A stretch of DNA of 64,000 nt, from NCBI RefSeq assembly GCF_006345805.1, contig NC_043002.1, positions 64,480,001 to 64,544,000 on the forward strand, written 5' to 3'. Below, one piece after another: positions 30,084 through 44,876 of this stretch; position 1 is the first letter of the stretch; every line of letters begins with the position of its first letter. Position numbers and translations under genes: made by a program. Under the pieces are notes generated by a model. The model had not been told where the DNA came from and ran no database searches. It was given only the letters and a program-made list of their open reading frames with translations. This DNA is from Octopus sinensis. Taxonomy: Eukaryota.

Positions 30084-31202
30084 TAGATATTTAGATAGCT
30101 AGATAATGCATCATGTATACTGAGAGAGAGAGTGTGTGAGAGAGTGAGAGAGAGAGGCAGAAAAATTGATTTTGAAATAGAATGCTCCCTTGCGTAAGTT
30201 GTTATGTAATGCCGTTAAATAAGACTGGGTGCGTACTTTATTATTTCTCACATTTGTTTCACATAATCATATATATGCTTCCGTATTTCTAGAACATTCT
30301 CTAGCAATTATTTATTCCTAGTTCTGTAGTTGTTTATGTTTCATCCAATTCTATTCTGACGAATATTATTTGAGACATTATTTGAGAATATTATTTGAGA
30401 CACATATTCCATTTATGTTAATAATATATATCAATTTCGGTGATTACCTCCTACGATTTAGATATTCAACAATAGCCCTTCCATATTTGGCCGTCTCCTC
30501 CATTTGTTACTGAAATATGTAAAACTCCTTTTCATATCATGTTATTACTAAGGTTGATATCCATACGTCAAGAAGCTAATGCAGAATGTACTGAAGCTGC
30601 GCGAAATACACATGTGTCGGTGTGTACAAGTCTATATATTTATATATTTAATTAGAGGATATGTTGACCTCGTGACGGTATGGTTGCATCCAAGGAAATA
30701 CTTATTGAACACCTAGTATTTTGGAGGAATGAAATTCCCTTCAAATAATAGCTGTATATAAGTCATATAGTTTATATCAATTGAAAAAACCAAAAGAAAA
30801 AAGTTAATGAATGTTTATTAACGACAAATTGGTCATTCTTGCTCCTTGCAGCTATTTGTATTAATACTCAAAGATTTAATTACGAATTTGTACATTAAAG
30901 TTACATTCATGTGACATGATTATAATTGAATTAGAGGGAAAAAAGATGTACCTTCTTTATATATGTGTGTGTGTATATGGGTGTGTGTGTGTGAATGACG
31001 CGTGCTTAGAGTGATAATTTACATGGTTATTTGTCTATTTTCGGCATATTTGGCATTATAGTTTTTTTTTCTTTTGCCTTTGTTTATAAGCCGTTTATAA
31101 ATCTTACCTTTAAAGGTATTTTTTATAATGCTGGCCATTGATAGAAAATTTTTCGAAAACTTTTATCCTATATTAGATGTAAATTTAATATGTGTGTATA
31201 TG

Positions 31203-31234
<32 letters not shown>

Positions 31235-31286
31235 ATATATATAAAGAAGGTACATCCGATTAAATATATATACATACATATACTTA

Positions 31287-32163
31287 CACAGCGTTCGATG
31301 GGTAAATTGTCGCCATATTATATTTTTTATTTCCCGCATCTGCATTGCTTGTTTAAGATTTAGTCGACTACACAATATAGTAGGGTCAGATGAGCACCGT
31401 CCGTGAGAGAAACAGCACCATGACACATATCACTCGCGGAAACGAAATGCTGTTCTGCTAGGCATTTGTGCCAGATGCTCCAATACGATGGAATAGTGAA
31501 CATACAGAACAACGTTTGGCTTGCCGTGTTCCCAAAACATTTACCGTGAGTTATATAAATCAAACATCCAGTTAATATTGTTTTGCGAATGAACATTAGT
31601 GATAGCGTGGTTATCCTCCATATATATTTCCAGGTGGTCTCAGATTCAACACGGAGGACTACATCAAATACCGCGAGTAGGTAGTGCTGCTCTGGGTCGG
31701 TCAAGTCGGTGGCTGCTGGAAGACACTATGTCTGGAATCAGGACTCTGCACAATGTCACGCAAAAGAACCCTGTCATAGCTGCCAGACAATTTCTGCGAT
31801 CACTCAACCCTAACATCTGGATACCTAACTCCCAAGACTCCAACCCCATTGATTATTTTGTGTGGGGTGCACAGCTAAGCGAGAGATCATCAAAACTCCC
31901 TGTAACACCAAAAAGGACTTGAAGGCAAGGATTATGGCAGCATTCACCAACCTATAGAAGGAAAAGGCCAGAAAAGCTACAGGAGATTTCGAAGTCGTCT
32001 GGAGACGGTGGTAGCTGCCAATGGCGATTTTATTGAATAAATTCACTCTTTAATATTTCAAAATATTTTCATGTAATTTTCGTAATTACATCTGTTAAAA
32101 TGACATGTCAGTGGTATGTTTACTTTTGTCCAATTTAGACGACAATATATTCAACACACCCTG
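31287..32163 (+). mobile_element. Internally deleted mariner-like (maT/DD37D-like) element
   Basis: VWNQDSAQCH and W.PNSQDSNPIDYFVWG, with diverged ~28-bp TIRs ending caccctg-TA. The D-D spacing cannot be measured because of frameshifts. Confidence 0.82.
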
Positions 32164-32173
32164 TATATATATG

Positions 32174-32233
<60 letters not shown>

Positions 32234-32356
32234 CATATATATGTATATATATATATCTATATATCTATATATATATATATACATATATCTATATATATAT
32301 ACATATATCTATATATATATATAATATATATATATAGATAGATAGATATACACGCA

Positions 32357-33513
32357 CAGACATCACAGAAGTAAATAGACACCCCATAAAATATCGTTTT
32401 GTGTTTATTCTAACTTGTAAAGATTTATATTTTTTATTAATTGACATTTTTATGTTTCATTTTGTCCATGTCACCATTTAGTCATGCCATGTAAAAATGA
32501 GGCCTTGAAACTGTCTGAATTTCAAAGCGGCCATATTCTGAAGGTGGACATAGTCAACCTAAAATCGCAGAAAATCTTGGGATCCCACTTTCTACAGTAT
32601 ATAGGGTGATTGTGCAATTCACCAAAGAGGAAAACGAGTCCACATTACCTCATATAGACCAACCAGATCCCCCTGAGAGAATCCTTCTCCTTGCTAAGAG
32701 AAGTACGGAGGATAATCCTCGTTGTAAAACCTTTGACATAGCAGAACAAATTGATGTCAGTACCAGAACAGCTGTGAGGTGTCTCCAGAAACCTGATTAC
32801 AGAGCAGCAAGAAGGAAACCACTTCGACCAGTCGACATCAAGCGGAGGAAGTATTGAGCCAGTATGATTGTTGAGAAGCCACTAGCGTATTCTCTGATTA
32901 ATGGAGTGATAGTCTGGAGTCTCTGTGATCAAGAATCTGATTGAAAAGATTGCAGCCAACAATGAAACACAACAGCTATTCTGTGATGGTCTGGGGAGCA
33001 ATTTGGAGCAATGCTTAATCAGTGTTGGTGGAGTGTGAGAGAAATATAAACTCAAATAAACATTTGTCGTCTCCAGTGGTGAAATGATTAAATAAGACAC
33101 TTTATTTATGGTAAATTGGCCTCCTTGTAACATGGCTAAAATGACCAAAAATTTGTCGAATGAGAATGTCATTAAAAAGCTTCCATGGCCATGACAGTGA
33201 CCAGATATGAACGCTATTGAACACCTTCGGGACGTAATGGACAAGGCACTTCATAAAAAGCACAAGAAAGCATCTTCAAAGCCATATCTTTTGAGATTAC
33301 TGCGTGAAACTTGGCAAGATATCCCGCAAGAGAATATTCGTTATCTGATCATTAACAAGATTAATAAGGTCCTTGCATTGAAAAATACAAAGTGCATGTC
33401 TACTAAATATTAAATATTCACATCATCACACTTAATAAATAATTTCAATACGTAATTTCAAATTTAAATAAATTTTAATGATTATAAGTGTCTTTTTACC
33501 TCTGTCACGTCTA
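32357..33513 (+). mobile_element. Degenerate Tc1-like element
   Basis: TIRs cagacatcacagaagtaaatagacac / gtgtctttttacctctgtcacgtcta, HTH remnant [17 protein letters not shown], and PDMNAIEHL. Confidence 0.8.
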
Positions 33514-34054
33514 TATATATCGACGTTTGCATCGGTTATCGTTATAGAAAAACACTTATCATCACATTTCTGCCCAAGAAATGTACAATAAAAAATCTAC
33601 TACTCAATAAGGAGCAAGATCAACCTTTTGATTAAGTTGAGGAGTGGTCAGATGACAAGAGAACCAATGACGGATTTAGACACACTTCCTAGAATAAGAA
33701 TGTGTTTTATAATCGAAGAGTTATTTGAATTCAATTATTTTGCTTACTCGCCTGAAATTTTCATAGTATTTTCCTTAGCTACAATTTACAGAGATTAAAT
33801 AATAGCATGCTTCCGTCGCCAAGATTGAGGAAAATCTGCAAGAAAAGAATCTCCCGAGCAAAACTGACCGAAACATGTTTGACATGTCAAAACATTTAAA
33901 GCTTCAAATACTTTTTTAGGTAACGGATTCATGGAGAATGCATTAACCTAAAACGGTTTTTTAAAAATAAAAAATTCAATTTCAAATGCTTATCTTCAAC
34001 GAATTCCGCATAGAAATATATAAATTTAAGAATTAATGTTTATTTTCGCTGTAG

Positions 34055-34120
34055 ATATTGAAACATTATCCCCTGAAGTGGATATATCAGAAGTGCGACT
34101 AGACTTCTTTCTCAACGAAT
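34055..34120 (+). CDS. Weak candidate exon (66 bp, phase 1-1)
   Basis: Acceptor ttattttcgctgtag, open frame IETLSPEVDISEVRLDFFLNE, weak donor T|GTATAT. Confidence 0.2.
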
Positions 34121-34146
34121 GTATATGGTGTGGGGTATAAACTATA

Positions 34147-34200
<54 letters not shown>

Positions 34201-34401
34201 AATGTATGTTTATGTATGTAGGCACATATGTATGAATATATTAATGTACGTATGTATGAACGTATAATACACATGCTTAATTGTATTCCTGTTGAATTTG
34301 TGCATGGTGCAGTTGCTTGATTATAACGCCTTTATACCTAAAGAATCATATAGCATAATTTTGGTGCAAAATGATTTATGCATATACATATATACATATA
34401 C

Positions 34402-34448
<47 letters not shown>

Positions 34449-34675
34449 TAGGTAGATATATAGATAGATAGATAGATACATATATACATACATACATGCA
34501 TACATACATACATACATACATACATACATACATTTATGTATATGTATATTTGTATATGCATGAGATAATACTGCACCAAAAGGTTAGAGTGCACCTATGA
34601 ATATATAAAGTATGCAAAATATATATATATTGTATCTTTAAACATACACAGAAACAAATACACACACACACATAC

Positions 34676-34775
<100 letters not shown>

Positions 34776-34864
34776 CTTTATTTAAAGCAGCAGAAAATTC
34801 AAACAAAACCTTCCGTTCGTCAGAGTAACAGGGTTTTGTTGATTTTCTGCTGCTTTAAATAAAG
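34776..34864. repeat. Short inverted repeat (~34-bp arms), probable Penelope inverted pseudo-LTR junction
   Basis: ctttatttaaagcagcagaaaattcaaacaaaacc vs ggttttgttgattttctgctgctttaaataaag. The spacer contains CTGACGA on the minus strand (34823-34817). Confidence 0.75.
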
Positions 34865-34955
34865 CATATTACTCTACCACTGGTATTTGAGTACTCTTTT
34901 TTCCACCTTGTTCACATTTATGGGTTTACTCCGGTATATGTATATATATATATAT

Positions 34956-35001
<46 letters not shown>

Positions 35002-35501
35002 TATATTCATTATTTATATATGCATGTACTTCTTATTGAAGCATATGCTGCAGTATTACAATAAACAAAATTTTTGACTTACGATCAGAAATGAATGCAT
35101 ATCTTGACGAACCAATATGTTAACTTTGGATCAAGTAAAGCAGGTGATATTTTCTCAAAACAACACATTTGAAAAAACGAAATTCGTACATTAATTAAAA
35201 GGATACTCGGTAATAGTTACATTTACACCACTGAATAAAAAAAATGCATAAACATCGAGAATTGTAGCTGAAATATATTTACTATATTATATAAAAGTTG
35301 TTTTGAAACAGGATGATTACGTTTTTCTTTCTTCTAAACTAATTCACATTGACGTTTGATGTTTGTAAATGTCTCAGGGGCATAATTAATTGATTCCTTT
35401 TGAAGATATTTTATACATACCTACATACAAACAGACAAAGACACACACACACCACACACATATATGCATACACACACACATACACACATATATATATATA
35501 T

Positions 35502-35536
<35 letters not shown>

Positions 35537-35703
35537 ATGTGTATCTGTTTTATATATATGCGATATATATTCATATATATATTTTATAGAATATATATAT
35601 ATATATGAATATATACACACCACACATATATATATATATACATGTACATTATATATAGTTAGTGTATATATATATATATATATAATATATATATATATAA
35701 TAC

Positions 35704-35735
<32 letters not shown>

Positions 35736-36162
35736 ATATAAGTATATATGCAGGCTCGTACGTATGTATGTATGCATGTTTGCATATATATACACATATT
35801 CATTTATTTTTTTAGATTTCCATTACAATTGTGAAAGATACTTTGTAGAGAACATACAAAAACACACAAAGAGAAAGATAAATTTAAAGAAATATACAAC
35901 CATGAGATAAATGTTTGATGTAACTCTACGAAGACACGTAAAACTATGTATACAAACTCAAACACTCTGAATCTGCTCTGTATATATGTATATATATATA
36001 CGAACAATAAAGATTTCTTTCCCGTCGTTTTTCAAGACGAACTATTGTGCAGTGCATATATATATGCTCGGTAATACGTGTGCATACACAACTATGACTC
36101 TTGCCAACTATCAATGTACTTGACCATATATCTATCTATCTGCGTATCTGCTTATCATTCTC

Positions 36163-36201
<39 letters not shown>

Positions 36202-36205
36202 TATA

Positions 36206-36236
<31 letters not shown>

Positions 36237-37223
36237 CGATGCATTATATAAATACATATATATATATATATATATATTATATATTATATATTATATATAT
36301 ATATATATATATATTTACATAATATATATATAATGTATATATATATTTACGAGTTGTCTCTTGACAATGAGTTTACATTCAGCTGTTTGCCTATTTTACA
36401 ACACCCGTATAGAGAATGCATTTTCTTACGCCTAAAAATCCGCACCAACCCACGAATGCGTATGTTCGATTTTCTTTGTATACACACACGCGCATATGTA
36501 TATATATATAAGCCCTTTTTATAATTATACATATGATTTCACCTTAATCGGTTTTCTTTTTATTTGTTGGTCACTGATGCAATTTTTTAAAATGTTTTAT
36601 TCTCTATTATTTATTTGGCTTTTTTTCATCAGGTTCAGTTCAAAGCTGTGGCCATGCTGGGGCACGACCGTTTCGCTACACTGTTATCATTGAGAGCCTC
36701 ATCTAATATGTAGCATTTGGTGAATAAGAGAGTTTGATGTCCCACCCTCAGTTGCACCACCTGCCGTGACGTAGGTTCATCTGGGACTCAAGACAGGAAG
36801 AGATCCGGTTTTGATTTTAAAACAACTATATCCACATTGTGCAGGTCTCTCAGGATCTTGTGTGTATGTATGTATGTATGTATGTATGTATGCAGTTATA
36901 TTATATTATGATATATTATATATATAATATATATTATAATATATATATATTATATAGATCTACATATCTATATAATGTTTATATATATAATATATATCTC
37001 ACACCACAATGGTCGTTTTCTATTTCCGTCTGCCAAATCCATTTATAACGACTTGGTTAGCTCCTGCCTACACTGAAGAAAACTCGCCCGAGGTTCCATG
37101 AAATAGGACTGAGCATATGTTTTTGCGAATCAAACCTCTTATGCCTTTAGTATCCTATTAGATTTTAGATAGAGATAGAAGAATCATTGAGTGTAACTGT
37201 TTTGTGGATATATATATATATAT

Positions 37224-37265
<42 letters not shown>

Positions 37266-37844
37266 TATAATATGCCCCCTGGGTATGGATAACAATTAAG
37301 GAGACAGAAGTAAAAGTAGCATCAGCGAACACAACATAGTTAAACACGATATTTCAATAGATGCACGAATATGATTTATTAGACCATGCTTAACTTATAA
37401 TTTTGTACTTATTTTACTTAGCTTCAACAATCCCACCCATGGGACGGTGTATCGTAAAATACCTGCCACATTTGAATTATTAAATATTAATTCAAATTGA
37501 GAGATGGGATACAAATAAAGAAATAATTATTTTGGTCATGATGGAAATATCATTTTCTCGGGAATTATTCTAAATTTTGACAATCGGTTGAAAACAGGAG
37601 GAGTTAATGAGAATAACCTATATGTTATTTGCTACGCTATATATTTATTTCAAAAATTATTTTTAATTAAAGAATAAATGTTTAGAATTAAAATCTAGTT
37701 AAGATAAATTAAGATTAAAAATAAATGAGACAGCAAATTAAAAAGTAATAAAAAATAATTTCAAATAATTATGCAATCTAATTGCAAAACCTTTTACGAA
37801 ATTAAACAATTGTAATTAGAATGAAAATAATGTTGGGTATATAA

Positions 37845-38055
37845 TAATGATAATCCTTTCTACTATAGACACAAGGCCTGAAAATTGGGGTAGGGAGATA
37901 GTTGATTAGATCGACCCCAGTACTCAACTGGTACTTATTTTATCGACCCCGAAAGAATAAAAGGCAAAGTCGACCTCGGCAGAATTTGAAATCAGAATGT
38001 AAAGGCAACCGAAATGCCGCTAAACATTTCGCCCGGAATGACAATTCTGTCAGCT
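37845..38055 (-). mobile_element. SINE family B (Nin/Deu-domain-like), near full length
   Basis: Minus strand reads ccgaggtcgactttgccttttattctttcggggtcgataaaataagtaccagttgagtactggggtcgatctaatc..ccttgtgtctatagtagaaaggattat. The domain name is from recall. Confidence 0.85.
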
Positions 38056-39028
38056 ATTTCTCTGGAGGAAAATTATAGTATATTATGTCTAGATGTTCGT
38101 TTAGACCCGAGCACATGCTGTACCACACGCAAATGAGAACTTCGGGTACATATTTCGAGAAATTAATCATATAAAGCCAATTACAAATTCTATAGGACGG
38201 ATTGTGTCTCCCTAAGAATCTCTAAAATTATCGTAAATAAAAGATATTTAAACAAACTGAAAAATACTACAATTTAGATTTAACTACAGCTGGTGATACA
38301 GAAAAAAATATTATATGGTTAACGGCGAAATTCAGAATATACTTAAGACAGTAGAAATCATAAAACGAATAAATAATACTAGAGATCTACATATCAATAA
38401 AAATATAAATACGAGGAATGATAATGAAACTTTTATTGATAAGAGAAAAGGTGGTGTAGATAAGGTGAGCGATAAAGTTTAAAACTAATAAATACAGTGA
38501 AAGAAAGAGCAAGAGTAACTGAGCGAACCTAGGAGGCACACGAAGAATTCATATGTCATTTATAACACCAATCAAACTAACGATTATAAAATGGAGGATA
38601 ATAATCATTGGGAGATCAAATAATAGCAATGCACTCTTGTATTTTCTTCTCTCAATACTTGTCTTTCTTTTCGTTCTCTTTCACGCTTAGTCTTCTCTTT
38701 CTTTGTTGCTAACAACAAACGTGAATGTTTAAATAATCATGGATATATATATATATATATATATAAAAAATATATATAGTATATATATATATATATAATA
38801 TTATGTGAAATAGAAAGATGAATAATCTTGTAGTAGATTAATCAAAGTTTAACCGATACCTTAGTAGCAAAAATCACAGCAGTGAACAGCACGGTTGGGG
38901 GAGGCTCAACCATCTGGCGTTGCAACCGTGCGTTGGTGCGGATAATTGAAATTAAAACATTATTGGTGAATTGAAGAAATGGAGCTGAATGGAGCTGAAT
39001 GGTTCAGCTCCATTTCTTCAATCACCAT

Positions 39029-39070
<42 letters not shown>

Positions 39071-39073
<3 letters not shown>

Positions 39074-39357
39074 GAGGCGTAATGACCCAGTGGTTAGGGC
39101 AGCGGACTCGCGGTCGTAGCATTCCGGAGCGGGCGTTGTGTTTATTGAGCGAAAAACACCTAAAGCTCCACGAGGCTCCGCAAGGGAGGTGGGGGTGGCG
39201 ATCCCTGCTGTACACTTTCGCCACAACTTTCACTCTTTCTTCTGTTGGCCTGCTCGCTTAGCCAGCGGGGTGGCGTAATTTGAAGGCTAAAACAATGCGA
39301 ATCGCATTGTGACCAGCGATGCATAGCAGCATCAGATAGCCTTGTCGGTCACGTGAT
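39071..39357 (+). mobile_element. tRNA-derived SINE family C
   Basis: A box tgacccagtggttag, B box disrupted, tail ggctaaaacaatgcga..tgtgaccagcgatg..ggtcacgtgat shared with 54967-55213. Confidence 0.85.
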
Positions 39358-39926
39358 ATGTATGTATGTATGTATGTATATATGTATACATATATGTGCG
39401 TGTGTGTAGTTTATCAAAGTGATTATATATGTGTAAAATTGTTTATATATGTAAAGTTGTGTACTTATTTCCTAATAATCCTTACCATCAAGTTTATCAT
39501 CATCATCATCATTTAAGAAAAATTCTCGATGCCTGCATGAGTAGACTATTGGGTTAAGAAATGCACATTACAGAATTGGCAGTTTGTTCTTCCTAACGGC
39601 AACCACTTCATTACGTGAGCAGGAAGCTATTTTCGTACCAACGGCACCAGAGTCTTCAACATTTATTTCTCAATTCAACAAAGCGAGGGAAAGAGGATGC
39701 TGCTTTTGTGTGCAAGATGAGTTAAAGAGATGGAGTAGATCGGGTTCTAATCGGAGAGTAGCTACATAACTATTTAGGAAGGATACTAGGAACGCATCAG
39801 AAATATCTCCAAGGAGATAGAGAATGGTGATGTGCTGTCAAGGGGACATCTCAAATATGTGAAGCATAGTCGGTGGGAGCAATGTTTATTTGCAAAAGAG
39901 CAGGGGAGTGAGATAAAGGAAGTCTC

Positions 39927-39963
<37 letters not shown>

Positions 39964-40458
39964 CAGAGAGAGACAGAGACAGAAAGAGACAGAGACAGAA
40001 AGAGACAGAGACAGAGAGAAAGAGATAGTGGCAAGAATGAAAAAGATAGTACAGAAATCAAGTATAAGGATTATGAATAAAACGATTTAGCAAGAATATA
40101 TTAATATATTTATTATATTTTATAAATAATAAAAAGTTTGCAATGGTACAACAATGCGCTACAATACAAACAATGGGTTATACACCTGTTGTAATTCAGT
40201 CATCCATAGTAAATATATGGTACAACGAGGCACCGATATTTACTGGAAAATAGCAATCGTAATAAATACGACGCTATTGTATAGCTTCACTGCGTATATA
40301 CTAGCAAAGACGCGTGTGTGCAACAAACATGAAAAAAATTTGTCGTACCTCTAGGAAGAACATCTGCAAAATGGAAAACCTAGAATCGTATAATGCAGTA
40401 TATACAACACACACACACACACACACACATACTCACACACAAACACACACACACACAC

Positions 40459-40500
<42 letters not shown>

Positions 40501-40507
40501 CACACAG

Positions 40508-40731
40508 AGTAAAGATTATTTGCCACTATAACAAGACAGTACTGATTTAGGACGAATGTTACTGTTATTTAGCCACAGGAAACATCGTCTCCAGTTGAAT
40601 ATACGATACAGATAGTGTACCTTATAGCCAGCTGGAGACGATGTTTCTTGGGACTAAATAACAGTAACTATCGTCCTACACCAAGACTGCCACGTGTTCT
40701 GTTGGCAAATAATCTTTACTTTTGACTACTG
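40508..40731. mobile_element. Fold-back Tc1/mariner-type MITE, left terminus truncated
   Basis: 40508-40525 pairs with 40703-40720, and 40548-40597 pairs with 40629-40678. The right end is tttgactactg followed by TA. Confidence 0.8.
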
Positions 40732-40774
40732 TACTGAATGTCTCTCGTTGAGAGGTTTACAAATAGAAATGTTC

Positions 40775-40829
<55 letters not shown>

Positions 40830-41329
40830 AAAACATATATGTATGTATGTATATGTACACCACACACTGTATTAGACCCATATTTTATGAATGCTTTTGC
40901 CGCCATTTTAAAAATAAAACAGCTTCATGATTTGCAGAACTGATAACAGCGTTAAAGGTCATAAGGATTAATGGTCTAGTTGAGAAAAGGGTAGCTGACA
41001 CGGAGACTGCAAGCAATAGCTATATTATATAAGATTTAACTATATCATAATGATTCACTCCGGGTATGAAAATGCCGACGTCATGAATGTTGCTTAATGC
41101 TCTCCGAACACTGTACAATCCTATAAGATGCAACATGGACAGCTGCAATTAAGATTACCGAACCACGACCAACAGGTAATGATAAAACAGGCGTATTCCC
41201 GACGTCTGCATCCTGGAATTCATCCTACAACTGCAGTAACAGAGACATAAATTCAGTTCAGACGGCTATATTTAGCTGCTTGAAACTGTAACGGGTGTTA
41301 AAGTTTGTTTTAAGGGCATGTGTATGGTA

Positions 41330-41640
41330 GGAGCCGACAGGAGATGTAGAAATGCAGCAAATCCACACAGACTTAATTTCTGGCCTGCTAATTCCCCCGA
41401 CTGTAATCCAATTCATTACCGTATCTACAGCGCGCTTGAGAAAGAATGCATCCGTCCTAAGTACTACATAAAGACTGAGCTGCTGGCCAAGTCAAAGAAA
41501 GTATTCAAAAATCTTCCATGAGCAACTAGGAAACGCAAGCGCGGGATCCATGAACCGCCTTGATGCCGTGATGAAAACTGAGAGTAACTACTTTAAATAA
41601 ATTTTATCTCTAAGCCATTATCTATTTAATATATTTTTGA
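41330..41640 (+). mobile_element. Mariner-like transposase 3' fragment
   Basis: FWPANSPDCNPIHY..RLDAVMKTESNYFK*. Confidence 0.7.
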
Positions 41641-42613
41641 ATTTTTAATAAAATTTTACCTTCGAAATATTTTCATTTCCTTTTAAGCAAATACCTTACA
41701 CCGAAGGCTCTCTCATTTTCTTATACATACATAAATAAATAAACGCATACATACATGCCTACATGCACATTCACATACACACGCATACATGCATACATAC
41801 ATACATACAAACATACATACATACATACATACATACATACATACATACACAGTTATGAAGTAACGTGCGACAGCTAGACCGGTAATATAACTGGCAACCT
41901 TCTCATCGCTTTAAAATCAACGTGAATGACATCGTCTCACCAATGAAAGGCTGAATTATCAGTTGTTATACACAGTGTTTACACTATTGCTTGTTGTATG
42001 TATTATTTAGTTCAGTTAATGCCTCAATCATACACGTTCTCATATTCAAATACACATACTAACACAACAAAATGTACATACAAATTTATTTGCACACGGT
42101 TGTATGCCAACGTACATTCATAGATATAAACATGCATATATGTGTGTGTGAGTGTGTGTGTGTGTGTGTGTGTAATCGTACATGTATATCTCTCTCTATA
42201 ACTATATATATATATATATAATATTATATATATATATATAGATATATATAATATATAAACCACCTACACATAGATTTGCACTTGCGCACACAAATTCACC
42301 TATGGGCCATAACATGTTCTGTAGATGAGTGTGAAGGGAATTTGGGAAGTGGTTTTTAATTTAATTCTCGTGGATTTTTTCTTTATTTGTTATTTTAGAA
42401 ATATTCCTTTTATTTATATTTTAATATGTATAGACTCAAATTAAATATCATTTATTTCGTCAAAGACATTTGTAAAAACACCCGTAAGATAGCATAATTT
42501 AATGAAAATTGTGTATGTACGCACAAACGCATGCATAGAGTAAATATATATTTAGGCAGCAAACATAGAAAATAATAAATCAGGGCCATGAATATATATA
42601 CATATATAAGTAT

Positions 42614-42647
<34 letters not shown>

Positions 42648-42773
42648 ATATACACACACGAAAATACTACCCTATTCGTAAACTCATATATGTATGTATA
42701 CATACATACAAAACACGCACTATCTCACACTCACACACACTCATGCACACAAAAAAAAAAATAGATGCATACA

Positions 42774-42837
<64 letters not shown>

Positions 42838-43522
42838 AAGATATAAGTGCGTGTAAATGAAGGTGTGTGAATTATTTTCAGAATTTTAGAAGAGAAATTA
42901 AATTAAATTTGAAAACTATCTACGAAACAAAGGAACAGATAAACGCCCAAGAATGGAAGAGAACACTGTTCCTGCGAGTATGTGAGTATGTGAGTCTATT
43001 TGTGTGTGTGCGTATGTGTGCATTTATGTATGTGAGCATGCGTGTGCCTCTGTCTGTATGCCTCTGTCTTAAGTTAAGGATTAATGTGTAGATATATGTT
43101 CGCCTCGCAATGGCAAGTTTCCATTTTGACGGTACGGCCTGGCCACATTGCAAAACTTACATTTTCGTAAATGCCGCTTCATTCTCTATGCAAATGTTTA
43201 TAAAAATGCTTACTTTTCTTTACATTACGGTAGGCTTACTGTTCATGCTTATCATCCCAAGAATACAAATTGTAATGGACTTCATCTCAGCGATTACCTT
43301 TCTTTAGTAGTTTATCAGTATTTGGCTTAATAATTCAACGTCGAAACGCATTAACGTTACACCAAAATATAGGCATATATGTGGGTTTTGTGTTTGTAAT
43401 TGAGGCTGTAATAATATTTCACACACACCCTAATGTATCGGCATACAGTAATCATTCGCCATACCGCGGTTCACCTATCATGCACTCAGTGCATCGCGGA
43501 TTTATGTGGCTAATATATATAC

Positions 43523-43933
43523 TCGTTTACTTGTTTCAGTCATTTGAATGCGGTTATGCTGAAACATCGCCTTTAGTCGAGCAAATCGATCCCAGGACAT
43601 TTTCTTTGTAAGCCTAGTACTTACTATATCGGTCTCATTGCCGAACCGCTAAGTTACGGGGACGTAAACACACCAGCACCGGTTGTCAACCGATGTTGGG
43701 CTACAAACACACACACACAAACACACACGCACACACACACACATACATATATATATATACATATACATACGACGGGCTTCTTTCAGTTTCCATCTACCGA
43801 ATCCACTCACAAGGCTTTGGTCGGCCCTAGGCTATAGTAGGAGAAACTTGACAAAGGTGCCTCACAGTACAACTGAACCCAGAACTCTGTGGTTAGTAAG
43901 CAAGCTACTTACCACACAGCCACTCCAACGCCT
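43523..43933 (-). mobile_element. SINE family A, full length (best reference copy)
   Basis: Head, core, internal (CA)/(TA)n and tail are all intact. Confidence 0.92.
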
Positions 43934-43954
43934 CATTTTTTTTTTGTTTTTACC

Positions 43955-44010
43955 ATAACCAAGGTTAGGCACGAAATTATATTAGGACACCTGATGAAGG
44001 CTGGATAGTA
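43955..44010 (+). repeat. 5' half of a hammerhead-bearing repeat; direct repeat of 44798-44855
   Basis: aaccaaggttaggcacgaaatt..ggacacCTGATGAaggctgg, truncated before GAAA. Confidence 0.6.
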
Positions 44011-44154
44011 AAATTTATATCGCGGAGTCCTCAGTATGTCACGAGTTTCTCTGGCCAATAAGTATTCATATTTTTTTTTAGATTTTAATTATTAATATGC
44101 GAGGTTGTGGAATGTAAAACTCACGATAGTCGAGGGATTACTGTATTTTATAAA

Positions 44155-44350
44155 ATATTCTTATCTACTCTAGGCACAAGTCACGGAATTTTTGGGGAAG
44201 GGTGCTAGTCGATTAAATCGACCCCAACTGATACTTATTTTATCGATCCCGAAATGAGGAAAGGCAAAGTCAACCCCGGTGGAATTTGAACTCAGAACGT
44301 AAGAGAGACAAAAGCACGCTAAGCATTTTGCCCGGCATGCTAACGTATTT
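44155..44350 (-). mobile_element. SINE family B
   Basis: Matches 37845-38055. Confidence 0.85.
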
Positions 44351-44830
44351 TATAAAATATTGAACAATCGCACCCCCACGCAAAATTCTAAGATGCACCC
44401 AGGCGAAGAATCATCAGGATAACATGAAATTTTAAATAAATATTTGTACAAGATGTGACAAGTGTTACTTAACTGCATATTATATATTTTCGTATTTATT
44501 TAAAACAACAAATTAGGATTGCTGTTTGAAAAGAAGATATAGTTTAAAAATATGAAGCATCTATCACACATCATGTATCACGTATAAGTCAAGCAACAGG
44601 TGAAATATATATCAAATATACGTATATATGAAACAATATGTATGCGAAAATATACATATTCCCAAGTATATATTAAAACAAATTAAATAAAATCGTATAA
44701 AATTACAATGTGTCGATATTTTTGAGATGAGGATTTCTGTTCATTATCGACACTATTTACATTTGGCGTATACGTGTCCTTATCTTTTTCGTTGATACCA
44801 CAACCAGGTTTAGGCACAAAATTCTACCAG

Positions 44831-44876
44831 GACATCTGATGAAGGCTAGACAGTAAACCCGCCGAAACGTGGTGAT
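44831..44876 (+). ncRNA. Degenerate minimal hammerhead motif, same family as 18756-18801
   Basis: GACAT-CTGATGA-A-GGC..GCC-GAAA-CG-TG-GTGAT; G at the cleavage position predicts inactivity. Confidence 0.5.

Noticed and set aside
30450-30512. Minus-strand first coding exon MEETAKYGRAIVEYLNRR
   Set aside because: Splice sites are plausible, but support is only phase compatibility chosen after the fact.
38883-38931. 9-12 bp hairpin gcacggttg/caaccgtgc
   Set aside because: The stem is short and the loop large, with no supporting context.
39584-39769. 61-aa ORF
   Set aside because: It follows a SINE-head remnant and has no recognisable motif or good splice sites.
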